From: Octopus vulgaris
Lineage: Eukaryota
Assembly (NCBI GenBank): GCA_951406725.2
Contig: OX597815.1
Location: 83,948,001 to 84,012,000, forward strand
Direction: 5' to 3'
DNA length: 64,000 nt
Made by a program: the position numbers and the translations under genes. The notes under the pieces were generated by a model that was not told the origin of the DNA, did no database searches, and saw only the letters and a list, made by a program, of their open reading frames with translations. The first letter of the stretch is position 1, and each line of letters begins with the position of its first letter. This document shows, one piece after another, positions 1-12,944 of this stretch.

Positions 1-78
1 GCAGCCAGCCACTGGACTCGAATCCGCAACTCCCAGATACCGGCTGAGTACTCTTCCAAATAAGGTAATCTACCCGCT
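1..78 (-). mobile_element. tRNA-like head (probable SINE 5' end), truncated by window edge
   Basis: Reverse complement reads gcgggtagattaccttatttggaagagtactcagccggtatctgggagttgcggattcgagtcc: B-box-like GGATTCGAGTCC and an anticodon-like stem CTCAG/CTGGG with a 7-nt loop. The cloverleaf is imperfect. Confidence 0.45.
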
Positions 79-104
79 AACTATAATTCCTGTCATTTAG
101 AAGC

Positions 105-243
105 TATATATATATATATATATGTTTATATATATATATATTTATATATGTATATATATTTATATATATGTATATATATATATATTTATATACATGTATA
201 TATATATATATAGTGACCACTCTCTTATATTTATTTATATATG

Positions 244-274
<31 letters not shown>

Positions 275-316
275 TTATATATATGTATATATATTTATAT
301 ATATATATGTATATAT
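105..316. repeat. Interrupted (TA)n microsatellite
   Basis: Directly visible. Confidence 0.95.
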
Positions 317-318
317 TT

Positions 319-521
319 TCAATATGTGACCTCGTGAGTACCACTGGCGATTTTTTTCCTCTGTCTTCCCTTCTCGGGATCTTTCCTTCTCCTATGTTTC
401 CGACGAAGAGCTCCGCTCGAAACGTTAAACCCTCCTACTTCCCTTCTTTCCTGAGCGTCCAATAATACTTTATTTGTTCCACGTCCTTGCGTTGTTGTAT
501 TTTTTGTTTTCTTGTTTGGAT

Positions 522-525
<4 letters not shown>
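319..525 (+). mobile_element. HHR-bearing short repeat, family A (Penelope-type terminal repeat / retrozyme-like)
   Basis: A second copy lies in reverse at 17493-17703. Both copies are flanked by (TA)n on each side and contain the HHR motif. Confidence 0.8.
396..430 (+). ncRNA. Minimal type I hammerhead ribozyme (family A)
   Basis: GTTT-CCGACGA-A-GAGC-TCC-GCTC-GAAA-CG-TT-AAAC: stem I GTTT/AAAC, core CYGANGA (U4C variant), stem II GAGC/GCTC, GAAA, palindromic ACGT stem III, GUU triplet. Confidence 0.7.
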
Positions 526-572
<47 letters not shown>

Positions 573-899
573 CTTCTTTTGAAATGCAACAACATATGTA
601 AACAAACTTTTTTCTCGTCTCTACGATACCGTACACATTCCACGCTTCCAAAACCAAAAGCAAAAATGTTTGCATATGTTGTTGCATATACTCAGTAATC
701 CCACGACTATCACGGGTATTGCGTTCCAAAACCCTTGCAATAGCTGAAAGCCCACGAAGTAGAAACAATACTGTACTGTATATCTTTTAAAGCATTTTCA
801 TAATCTGTATACATCTGTTTTATTATAAATGCAAAACAACGCCACGGATGACGTAAGCTTAAATAATAAACCGCGATAGGTGAAACGTGATGGGTGAAC

Positions 900-982
<83 letters not shown>

Positions 983-1310
983 ATGTGGATGCTTGTATCC
1001 ATACGTATAGCTACACAGCAAAAACAGTGAGGAACACAGCGGGTGAGAGATAAAACATGATTAATACCAAATTATTATGTTTAGATACAGGAGCCCTGAA
1101 TTTGGCGGGAAAGCAAGGAATCTAATTAATTGGTTTGATTTGGCTACTATTACTTATGTTGTCAAATGCGCAAGGCAGAAATAATTTATATTCGGTGTAA
1201 ATTGAACTCAACTTGAAGCCTTAGCACAAGTTTGTGGGAGTGATATGGGTTTTGCCAGATTTTTAGGATTACTTAATAACAATAATGCTGATTTTCAATT
1301 GCCACAGCAT

Positions 1311-1530
1311 GAAGCGGTGAGCTGGTAGTACCGTTAGCACGTTGGGAAAAATGGATAGCGGCATTTTGTCTATCTTTGTTCTGACTTAAAATTCCGCCGA
1401 GTTTAACTTTGCCATTCATCCTTTGGTGGTAATGATAAAATAAGTACCAGTTGTGCACTAGTGTCGATGTAATGGACTAGCCCAACCATCCCAAATAACT
1501 AGCCTTGTGCCAAAATTAGAGACCAATATT
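1311..1530 (+). mobile_element. tRNA-derived SINE family 1 (tail type A), diverged
   Basis: gcggtgagctgg head, aaattccgccgag, taagtaccagttgtgcact core, gccttgtgccaaaattagagaccaatatt tail; homologous to copies at 42-43 kb and 62.1 kb. Confidence 0.85.
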
Positions 1531-2771
1531 GTCACAGCCTACTGGATTTTAGGTGAGGCAGGTAGCATTCTTCAGTAACGTTCATTATATCCACTATAGA
1601 TTTACAAAGAGAAAAGATATACAAGATGTGATTTCAGCGCAGGTAGTGCGCAAAACAGTTTGTCCGGTGTTCTTCGACGAAGAAAGACGGTTAAGAGGAT
1701 AATTATATCAGAAACATAAAAGGAAATTACAATATTAACAATACAAGCATTATAGCGAGTAGAAATTATATGCGATAATATATTATAACGTTAGCAATGG
1801 GCAAGATATGACATAATTCTATTTTCAAGTTATACGATAATCTCAGAAACATTTTTTTTTAATTTTGAGAGGGATTTCCTTATATTTCTATTTTTACTTT
1901 GTACTGTATTTATCTATTGAGTAAGATTATTCAAATAATGCACGTCGCTACAATTATCTATAAATACTTCCTTATACCAATCCAATCAAAATATTTACAT
2001 AAGCGCATACATGCATATGTATATACCATATATACATACACATAAATATATATAACTATATGTGCGTGTGTGTGCATATATATGTGTGTATGTGTGTGTA
2101 TGTATGAGGGTATGTATGTAAATATGGTGGTATTTATAAGAAGTGCAGAGATATATAAAAATATGTAAATTTATATTCACACACACACACACACACGCAC
2201 ACACACACATATATATTTGCATGCATATATATCAAATGAATGTCTTAGAAAACTATTCCACACATACAATAACAACCATACCAACCTCCATCTTCAGCTG
2301 CCCCACGGATACCACTATGGTTTCGACACCTGGGCAGTACCATGCAATCCGGCGGTGTCAACAGTACTAAAATAAGTGTTGTTTCGGAACAAACATACCT
2401 TAGATATCGCTACATTCATTCAATCTTAATTCGAGAAAGGATCAAACACTAGCATTATTAATTAAATTACAACAAAAGAAGCACATTTACCCTATAAACA
2501 AAAACAGTATCGGTAAATTAATAATTCTATAAGTAAAACTAGCCCTTGAAGTTCATACAGATAATATTCCCACAAGTGTTCCATAGTTATTAATATAAAA
2601 GTGAACGCTTCTATATTCTATTCTTTCCATATTAATGTATAAGTTTATACGCAAAGACATATACATACACAAACACACAGAAACATACACATACACACAT
2701 ACGATAAGATATATAAATGTGTGCGTGTATATATATATGTGTACTTACATATATCTATATACATTTGTGTA

Positions 2772-2938
2772 TACTCTTTTACTCTTTTACTTTTTTCAGT
2801 CATTTGACTGTGCCATGCTGGAGCACCGCTTTTTAGTCGAGCAAATTAACCTCAGAACTTATTCTTTGTAAGCCTAATACTTATTCTATCGGTCTCTTTT
2901 GCCGAACCGCTAAGTTACAGGGACCTAAACACACAGAA

Positions 2939-2984
<46 letters not shown>

Positions 2985-2987
2985 ACT

Positions 2988-3051
<64 letters not shown>

Positions 3052-3211
3052 TATGACGAGCTTCTTTCAGTTTCCCTCTACCAATTCCATTCATAAGGCT
3101 TTGGTCGGCCCTAGGCTATAGCAGAAGACACTTTCTCAAGGTGCCACGCAGTGGGACTCAACCCGGAAGCATGAGGTTCGTAAGCAAGCTATTCACCACA
3201 CAGCCACTCCT
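2772..3211 (-). mobile_element. Composite tRNA-derived SINE family 2 (head + internal microsatellite + tail)
   Basis: Minus-strand head aggagtggctgtgtggt...gggttgagtcccactgcgtggcaccttg (3054-3211), internal (TA)/(CA) run, and tail module ending in (AAAAGAGT)n (2772-2930). Modules recur at 10.5-10.9, 17.2 and 50.5-51.4 kb. Confidence 0.85.
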
Positions 3212-3212
3212 A

Positions 3213-3258
<46 letters not shown>

Positions 3259-3324
3259 TATACTCAAACATAGATTTGCAGATAGGTAGATATATATATA
3301 TATTTATATATATGTGTGTGTGTA

Positions 3325-3357
<33 letters not shown>

Positions 3358-3381
3358 TCGCGCGCACACAGACAGAGAGAC

Positions 3382-3382
<1 letters not shown>

Positions 3383-3462
<80 letters not shown>
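3383..3462. repeat. (GATA)n microsatellite
   Basis: Directly visible. Confidence 0.95.
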
Positions 3463-4018
3463 CATGTACACATCCTGTATATACATGTGAGTATTTGCAT
3501 TTGAGTACATTACTTAAAACAAAATTGGCATTCAATTATATTATTGGATGCCGGTTCCTGAGGTGATTGAACTCAAATTCTAGCCATGGCATTTTACGAT
3601 ATCTTTCAAGAATTTGTCAGCAGTAGGAACCATAAATTAGGAAGTTTTAACTGGGATATTGAAGTCTCATCTGCATATAATCGTTGTGAAATATATTGTT
3701 AGCGTTTACTGAGGAATAGCTTCGAAGTGTAAATGCGAATTGAATTATACTTATATACAATAAATACAATATAATGAATAATTATTTTGTAGTCATGTGC
3801 TAATGAATACTGGAGATACAGTTATACGAAGAGAGGCTGAATAATCTATTAGAATTTAGGTAGAAATAGAAAGTAATTCTGGTTTTAAAATTTCACGCGC
3901 AACATCTTAGCACACAGTGTTACAAAACAAAAATGTCCGTAAAGCACTTACTGGGGAAACTTCTGAATCACAGTCACTCGCTATGTTTTCATTGCATATA
4001 TGTGTAGGTTTATATATA

Positions 4019-4054
<36 letters not shown>

Positions 4055-4096
4055 TCTATCTATCTATCTATCAATCTATCTATCTATCTATCTATC

Positions 4097-4133
<37 letters not shown>

Positions 4134-6808
4134 GTATGTATATACAAAAGAAAGTAGTAGACATATAGATAGAACCGTGCGTGCACGTGCGCGTGTAAAC
4201 ATAATGTAATATATATACTTTGTGCAGAATACAGTCGACGAAGAAAACCAGAATGATGGAAACCATGACAATCAGTGGATAGATAAAGCGGAAACGTGGA
4301 TGAGTAGGTGTAAAACGAAGAGGAAGAAAATGAAGAGGGTAAAGGAGGAGACAGAAATGGCGGAAAGAATAATGAAAAAGAAACTGCAGATAAAGATAAG
4401 TAGCTGAAAGTAATTAGGTAAGAAAGCAAGAAAACATAAAAGACGGAAGAAAGAAAGGAAAGGAAAGAGACATGAAAGGAATACAGAAAGAATGAAACCA
4501 ATGTATAAATGAAAATAATAAAAAAGAACAAAAAACAAAATTATTTGAAGACAACATGACAAGGAAAGATCATGCGAAATTGAAAATATATCAAAATTCA
4601 GCTTGAGTCAGCTTTGATTGAAATCAGCTTTAATCTGGTAAGAATAATCTGTTGAATTGAAATCTGTAAATTATCACAAATACCATCTTGAAATAAAAGA
4701 ACGTAAGTAATACAATATTACATTATTGGGACTCTACTTGTGACATTCGCTGAAGTGAATGGATTACAGATTACATCTGCACTCATACATATACAATCTC
4801 ACGTGTGCTCAGAGACAAGCATACACATGCACAAAAGCACATACACAGATCTACATGCTCATCTATATATAAATACACACAGAATATATGTATGTCTGTG
4901 TGTACGTGTGTGTATGTGCGCACACACGTATATTAAACCTAGGCAGCACGATTTTACTCAACCGAAACAACGGTTTTAATCACTGAGAGTGCACAATTAT
5001 TCAACAGGCAGTCGTTGCGATGATTCAGTATGAATGAGAATTAAGAAACCACGGCAATGAACCTTGGATATACCAAATATAGGAAATATGTAATATCTAC
5101 GAGTTATACCGCAGAATATACATATTTGAATTAATATTTTTCAAATGAGTTTATAACTGACTCACTCTTGTGCGGATGACGAGATTTGATGCTGTGCTTT
5201 CCTTTTAGTGTCAGTTTCATATAAACTGTATTTACTAATGAATATGATATCAGTTACAGTAAAACTAAAAAAAATTATATTTTTGATCTGAAACAAAATT
5301 CTGCTTGTGACATTTGTGGATGATGCAGGCTTCGAGTTAAGTTACACATTCTAATCTATGCCTAATTCATGTAATATTATACTATACTTTTTTACACGCT
5401 ATATATGATTTTGTATTTTGAACTAATGCCAGTGCGTAAGACTTTATTGCATTTCCCTAATTTACATAGATTGCCCTTTTTCTGTAAGAATATTAAGGTT
5501 TTACTGATATTCTAAATATTCGCCATGCATTGAAAGGTGTATTTATTTAATTGTTATATCTAAAGCGGTTCATATTATAATTCAAGGTATTTAATTTTTT
5601 AAGAAATTTACTGTTATATGTACTATAACCTTTAGATTGTGAAGCACTTATTTTTATATAATGTTATATCCTTCTTATACGATTTACGACATCATCTAAT
5701 TTTTAAAATAACTATTTCATTTACTATTCATTTGACAGTATTGTCTTGAATACTGCTCTACTGTACTTGTGTATTAACACACAAAGATTTATGTGTGATT
5801 ATGAATAAAATTAAGATATGCAATTGCCCAGTAGTGTAAAATATCTATAATGCTATAGTAATTAATAGTTAATGAATCATAAAAAAAAACACGAGAATTA
5901 TTTAGAAGTCACATTTAAAATTTTTCTATATCAATATTATATACATTTTATCATTTAAAATCAATTTCAAATTAGATGTAAAAATAAGCTAGTATATAAA
6001 AATATGTAAGCATACGCTATTTCTTTTGTGTGAGTGAATCAATGCCTTATTACAATGGAGACACCTATGATTATAAAGCTAATGGTCTGATTAAACGATT
6101 CGTTTTCCTTTCATAGGAATGTGTATAGATTTTGTACTGACAAAGACATTAGAATCAAACGTATTTGTTATACTTTCATTATTGTCGCAGGTTATTGCTT
6201 ACAGTATCTGACTGGAAGGAAGTTGAGTCACCATGTTCTTTGTAGATGCTGTGATATCGGACAGATTCATGGAGTAAATTTTCAGTTTAAATTGTTGAAA
6301 GCCAATATCTGAAGGAAAACATTCAAGCGGAGAGAAGATTCCAATTTTTGGAGGGAAACCTAGGCATAGTCATAGTGCAAGGGTATGGAGTTTGGATGCA
6401 ATAAACCTTATGAGAAGTAGAAAGTTACGAGAGGTAGAGAGTGCCTGAATGACGAATGCACGAGTCCAAACAACGCCTAGTAACAGATTATAATTGCGAT
6501 AGGAAAAAAAAAAAGAATGCCTGAAGGCAAGGAAACCACGAACAGAGGCGTGACTCTCAGTGATTTAATGTTAATCAATCGAGTGAACCTTCTTTGTTTA
6601 GCACCAGTTCAACCCTGAAACAAAATGCTTTTCAGAAGTTATGGCTTCATCTGAATTTCAGAACACATAAAATAGCCATTACTCGCCTTCATAAATTACA
6701 CAGCTCTTTAACATCTGTTTTACACTTTCATGTCATCGCGGTTTCCGAAAGAAATATTAGGGCTGATTATTTCCTAAAGATAACACTTAGCTTAAATTCT
6801 TGGTTTTA

Positions 6809-7042
6809 CGAGGAGGTATCAAAAGGTTTCCGGATTAGTTATGATTAATTAGAAATAACTTATTTTGCCTAAGTTTAGCATCATTTCCTTCGAAATAGTC
6901 ACTTTGCACAGCAATGCACCAGTCCCAGCGTTCCTGCCACTTTTCGAATCCGGCCTGGAAGTCGCTTTCCATAAGCAATTCGAGGAGGTCCTTCTGCGAT
7001 TCGCTCTGGATCTCGTCAACGATGAGCTGCATTTTCATCTTG
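6809..7042 (-). mobile_element. Mariner-family transposon, 3' end relic
   Basis: Minus-strand translation DFQAGFEKWQERWDWCIAVQSDYFEG matches the mariner transposase C-terminus; terminus TA|cgaggaggtatcaaaaggtttccgga. Confidence 0.85.
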
Positions 7043-7249
7043 TATATAATAATGTACATTATCATAATGAGTATTTCGGTAACCGCATATATGAGGGGGA
7101 CAATATGTAATGTATAACTCAAAACTGTGCACAATGAAGTAAATATACTTTGCATCGTTTCTGAGAACAATCAGGACTTAAATCACATACACACACGCGC
7201 GTGCATACACACATATATACTGCTATGTGTATAGGTAGATAGAGACAGA

Positions 7250-7510
7250 TGCCAAATTGACAGACTCGTTAGAGCGTCACAGAGAATGCTGCCCGTATAT
7301 TTTCCAGTTTTCGTTGATCTAATTCTCTGATTTCAAATGCTGCCGAGATCAACTTTGTTTTTCAGCCTCATAGTCTCCGGAAAAAAGTACCAATTCAAGA
7401 TGGTTAATTGACAGAATTTTCATAACGTGTTTCCAAATATCTTGTGTTATTTCTTCCATTTTACTTTATGCGTTTTTTGCATTCACGGTTCAAATTCCGC
7501 CATGGCCTAC
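7250..7510 (+). mobile_element. Two highly diverged tandem SINE family 1 copies
   Basis: ttcaaatgctgccgagatcaactttg and ggttcaaattccgccatggcc match the SINE1 B-box/core region. Confidence 0.55.
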
Positions 7511-8029
7511 TTGTGTGACTAATTTAACCAGTTATTCTGTTTGACACTACCGTTTGGCAATCAATAGCTGCCTCTGGAAAATCCAAAAACTTCAACAAAA
7601 ATATACGGGAAGACAAGTTTTTCACAAAAACAGTAGTGTTACATCAGCATAGCAGGAAAAACATACCAAATATTTCCTTCAGGCTATATATAATCTGTAC
7701 TGATCTTAAAATATAACCATAATAAAGTCAAAATGTATCAAAAAGAGGATTTAAAGGAAAACCTCTCCATATATCATTAGATTATATGTCAGTATATTAG
7801 CTGACCACTATGGTTGAACTAAAGATCTGAAACCATTTTTAAAACGGTAATATACTTTATAAATGGTTCTCAAAAGTGGTGAAGTATTTTTCAGGATCAT
7901 TTTTAAATATGTACCCAATAAATTTTGTTTTAGACTATTAAGCCGCTAAAGTTTTTTCCTAATAAATTCTATAGCAGGTCAGAAAGTTGAAAGAGCACAC
8001 ATGTAGACACACACATCCACACACACACA

Positions 8030-8062
<33 letters not shown>

Positions 8063-8435
8063 CGCATGTGCACGCACGCACTCGCACACACACACGCACA
8101 CACACATACGCACACACACACACACACGCAAATACACATACACACGTATATATATATAACCCATAAAATGACAGAAAGTATGGGAGATGAATATACTTAT
8201 TTAACTGTTTTGCATCTTTATGGTTGCAGCCGTTATATATAACAGTAGCATCGTCCTCTAGTGTCCGCCACATTTAGTTGGCAATTATATTTTACGATTC
8301 CGTACTGTTTACTTCTCGCCCAGAGATTTAATATTGCTATATATATTTATATTTATACATATATTTCTTTATATACATATGTGTGTGTGTGTGTGTGTCC
8401 ATATGTATATATGTATATATATATATATATATATT

Positions 8436-9007
8436 TGAGGGTGTGAATCCAATCAACTAAGGGATAATATATATCCAATATACTGCTGGTGGATTACCCA
8501 ATTATTAATACACAAGTGTTTTTTCATTGCATGGCAATTACACGACCGAATGTAATAAATGGGTGAGGGTAAAAAAATGTTTACCCCTAATTTATACAGC
8601 AATAAGAAAATGGAGGGGGTCATGAGGTGGTGTTCATCAACTTTTAAACAATATATTATGTCTGTTTATTTATTTAAAAAAACAATTATAACGATATACA
8701 TGTATAACATATTATGCTTTACATATATAATATATAAAAAATATCAGTAATTATTAAACTATAACGTAGAGCATAGAAAGTAGGATAGTATCTTACAGCT
8801 GTTTCAGTCAAGAGGCCATAGTACTCCATTGTGGGGTATTTTAATATTTTAATAATTACTGGCATTTTTATATATTATATATGTTAAGCATTTGCGTTAA
8901 ACATGTATGTCTATTGTTATAATTGTTTTTTTAATAAATAAATAGACATAATATAATGTCTAAAAGTTGACGAATACCACCTCTTGATCCCTTCCATTTT
9001 CTTATTG

Positions 9008-9013
<6 letters not shown>
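8436..9013. mobile_element. Fold-back repeat with ~165-bp inverted arms (probable PLE terminal-repeat derivative)
   Basis: 8594-8758 is an imperfect reverse complement of 8848-9013. The spacer holds the minus-strand HHR 3' half GAAACAGCTGTA. Flanked by (TA)n. Confidence 0.7.
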
Positions 9014-9055
<42 letters not shown>

Positions 9056-10014
9056 GCTGGTTGACTTAGATATCACTTTCTTGCTTTCAAAATGCCCTTT
9101 CGCCGAGGGAAAATATTTCGGTTCTTTATTAATTTCATGTCGTTTATAAAATCATATATTACCAAATATAAGCCCCTTAAGCGAAATTCAAACGGTTTAG
9201 AATCTCGAAATCGAAAGAGAACCATTACTGTGTTTCTATTTCACTAATATAATTACAATATAAATTTGATGATCGTTGTATGCATGTATTATGCACATTC
9301 GCAAATTGTTCTCTATATATTCTCAGTTCCAAGGTAGCCATAGTTGACCAGACATTTAAAAAAAAAACTTAGTAAGGCACTTGAACTATGACAAATTGTT
9401 CCTGCAGGGCCATCTTGCGTCCTCTTTTGAATTTCAGAGCAATTGAGTGTGAGATTCCGTGGATTTGGTAGATATTTGCCACACGTAGAACGTCATGTAA
9501 ACTTTAGCCTCGTTGGCAAGATTTTATTGATCTGTTATTAGAGCACTTCTTTACATTATAAAATGTATAAAATAGTAGAATGCATAGCTTTACAATACTG
9601 CCAAAGTAATTCCTTTCTTTTACTTTATTACAAAATGCGACCTTTAACGGTAGAATTACTAATTCATTTACCACTATTAATATATATTATTGGTAAAGAA
9701 AAAATATGTGGAATAGAACATAGAGGCCTAAATAAATGAAAATAATCGATTTGACATATTTTACATTCGGTGGCTTCGTGAGATTGTTTTCATTTTATAT
9801 AGTAATTATTTGTAAGTCTACATCTTTATTTTTTTCCTATAATTTGGTTGTGCAAATTATTCTTTCTTTCGTATTTTATTTCTTCCGAATTTGCTGTCAA
9901 AATATAATTCTTTAATCTGCTTAAATAGCATAATATCTGATATGTGATTATTTTTTCCTCCACTTTCTTGGTATGTAATTATTTGACATAGATGTAACAA
10001 GAATGTGTAGGAAT

Positions 10015-10051
10015 AGGTGTATAAATAAATAAATAAATAAATGTATGGGTG

Positions 10052-10095
<44 letters not shown>

Positions 10096-10176
10096 TTTAT
10101 ATATATTTATATATATATATATATATATAAATATATATATATATACATATATGTATACATATATATATATCAATTA

Positions 10177-10217
<41 letters not shown>

Positions 10218-10449
10218 GCATATTTATTTATATACTTATATATATATGTATATTGTATGTGTATGTATGTATATATATATATATATATATATATAAAGAA
10301 ACCATATAGGCCACTAATATTATCGTTATTGCTTATTGATAATAGTATATATTATATATATACATTTATCCATATATGTCGTAATTTTCCACCAATATTA
10401 TTATTATTATTTCTTATTAATAATATATATATGTATGTATGCAATATAC

Positions 10450-10521
<72 letters not shown>

Positions 10522-10555
10522 TTATATACATATATATGCAATATATACATATGTA
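10015..10555. repeat. Compound (TA)n/(TATG)n microsatellite block
   Basis: Directly visible. Confidence 0.9.
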
Positions 10556-10893
10556 TACCGATGTTGATGTGTTTATGTCCCCATAATTCAGCTGTTCGAC
10601 CTAAGAGTCCGATAGAATAAGTTCTAGGCTTACAATGAATAAGTTAGAGGGTCAATTTGTTCGACTAAAGGCGGTGCTCGAGCATGGCCGCAGTTAAATG
10701 ACTGAAACAAATAAAAGAATATTCTTTTATTTGTTTCAGTTATTTGACTGCGGCCATACTGGAGAACTGCCTTTAGTCTAACAAATCCACCTCAGGACTT
10801 ATTCTTTGTAAGCCTAGAACTTATTCTATCGTTCCCTTTGCCGAACCGCTAGGTTATGGGGATGTAAACACATCAACATCTGCAATCAAGCGA
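10556..10893. mobile_element. Tail-to-tail inverted pair of SINE family 2 tail modules
   Basis: 10556-10720 (+) and 10721-10893 (-); the central 40 bp (10701-10740) are a perfect loopless palindrome. Confidence 0.85.
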
Positions 10894-10976
10894 CCATGGA
10901 TCGTAAACACACCAACATGGTTTTCAAGCGACGATGTTATTAAACTGAAGAGAGCACACACGTAAAATGTATGTAT

Positions 10977-11030
<54 letters not shown>

Positions 11031-11638
11031 TCGGTGTGTGTGTGCATGTGTGCTTGCTTGTGTGAGTGTGTTCGTGTGCTTGTGTGTATGCATGTATCTA
11101 TGTATGTTTCTATCTATGCATATATATCTATGTATACTTATATAGATATATTTTGTTTTAACACTTGTTGATGTATTTTAATTTGATAATACTTCTTTCA
11201 TAACAATTTTCTTTCTATTTTCCAATCGGAAATTAAAATAAGTAACCTATATTATTCTCTGGAATATGTTTTGCTTCTTTTAGTAAATCTACCTTTTATT
11301 CGTCACGGTAAATTCTAATCTGTCAAAGTGATGTGACACATTTGGAAAATTGACAAATTTTCCTTTTTTTTTAATATCAATATACACGCATCTACAAACA
11401 CGTCAGTTTGTATATTTACATACCCATACACTCACAGGCACACATAAATATGCGTGTATATAAATCTATAAATGTGTGTGTGTGTGTCTGTGTGTGTGTC
11501 TGTGTGTGTGTCTGTGTGTCTGTGTGCATATATACATACATAAAAACGTATTTGAGTGTCTGCATTTGAGTGTCTGTATATCTACACCTATTTATATATG
11601 TGTACACACACATAAACGGACAGTCACCCCTCTTTTAG

Positions 11639-11704
<66 letters not shown>

Positions 11705-12257
11705 AGTGTGTGTAGATATACTATTTGAATGTTTGTCAGGTTGAAATAGATATGAACGTTTAAGTAAATGATTAATGAATATGCAGAAATATTCGAAGCC
11801 ACATATATACATGATGGAATTAGAAGATATTACAAAATACAATATATACATAGCGGCACAACAGAAACACACATAAGTACGCACACACACATGCGTACGC
11901 ACACATGTAGATACATGTAGTTATACAAGCACCTCAATATGTGGGTGTGTTTCTATGTTTCTGTGTCTATTTTAGTATGAAATAAAATGTGTAAATAATT
12001 ACATAGTTGGGAATATAAATGCATGAACAAAAACATTTGTATTCTAAATAACCTACATTTAGTGACCTCTTGTAGATATAGTTTCTAGTAATGTACAGTA
12101 CTTACAAACAGGGAACAAAAATGCGATCGATACTAAGTGTTAACTCGTTGGTATGTAATATTGACGTACAGGTGTTGTGTGTTTATATCCCTAGATTACT
12201 ATTTATTAATCTATATCGCTGCTCATAAGAGAAGTTTCAAATATACGCCTGGAACAT

Positions 12258-12320
<63 letters not shown>

Positions 12321-12421
12321 TGAAAGTGCGATACATAATACATATATATGTATGTATACATAATATATGAGTATATACATTATATATATATATATATATA
12401 CACAGACACACACACACAGAT

Positions 12422-12452
<31 letters not shown>

Positions 12453-12492
12453 TATATATATATATATAAGAGACCAAAGTGCCCGTACGCCG

Positions 12493-12526
<34 letters not shown>

Positions 12527-12528
<2 letters not shown>

Positions 12529-12940
12529 AAATACAAAGTGGGACAAGAACGCAAAACATCCAGACAGTTAGGTGATACAAGAAAGGGACACCAAAACATC
12601 CAGATAGACGATACAAAGAAAATAAGGACGGGTCATTCGGAGTTTTCTTTCCTCAGTCGAGTTCCAGATTATCTTTGCAATTTCGGCGATCTGGCCAGTC
12701 CCAAGAAAAATCTAAGCTAAAAGCATTAGATTCCTTAGAAGAAAGCAGCGAATGTATACGAAAACAAGGACGGAGAGAAAACGGCGAAGGTTACATAAAT
12801 ACAAATAACAGGGCTTAACAACAGGTGTCTTTCGACTAACGTCAAATTAAATGAAACAGGCGTGTGTGGAAGTAAAGCCTTACGGCAGTGCTACAAGATT
12901 TCACAGGAACAGGGAAGAATATAGATGTTGCACGGACAGC
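12527..12940. repeat. Probable interspersed repeat next to (TA)n, with a short internal duplication
   Basis: caaaacatccaga...gatacaa occurs twice (12552-12615). It starts abruptly at a TA array. Single copy in this window, so the class is uncertain. Confidence 0.35.
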
Positions 12941-12944
12941 AGCC

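Noticed and set aside
4088-4562. Hydrophobic F/S/L-rich ORFs resembling membrane proteins
   Set aside because: They are the antisense of a purine-rich low-complexity tract, with no domain motifs.
6100-6540. Possible exon after a polypyrimidine-AG acceptor at ~6117
   Set aside because: No sustained frame or clear donor; downstream sequence looks more like decayed LINE.
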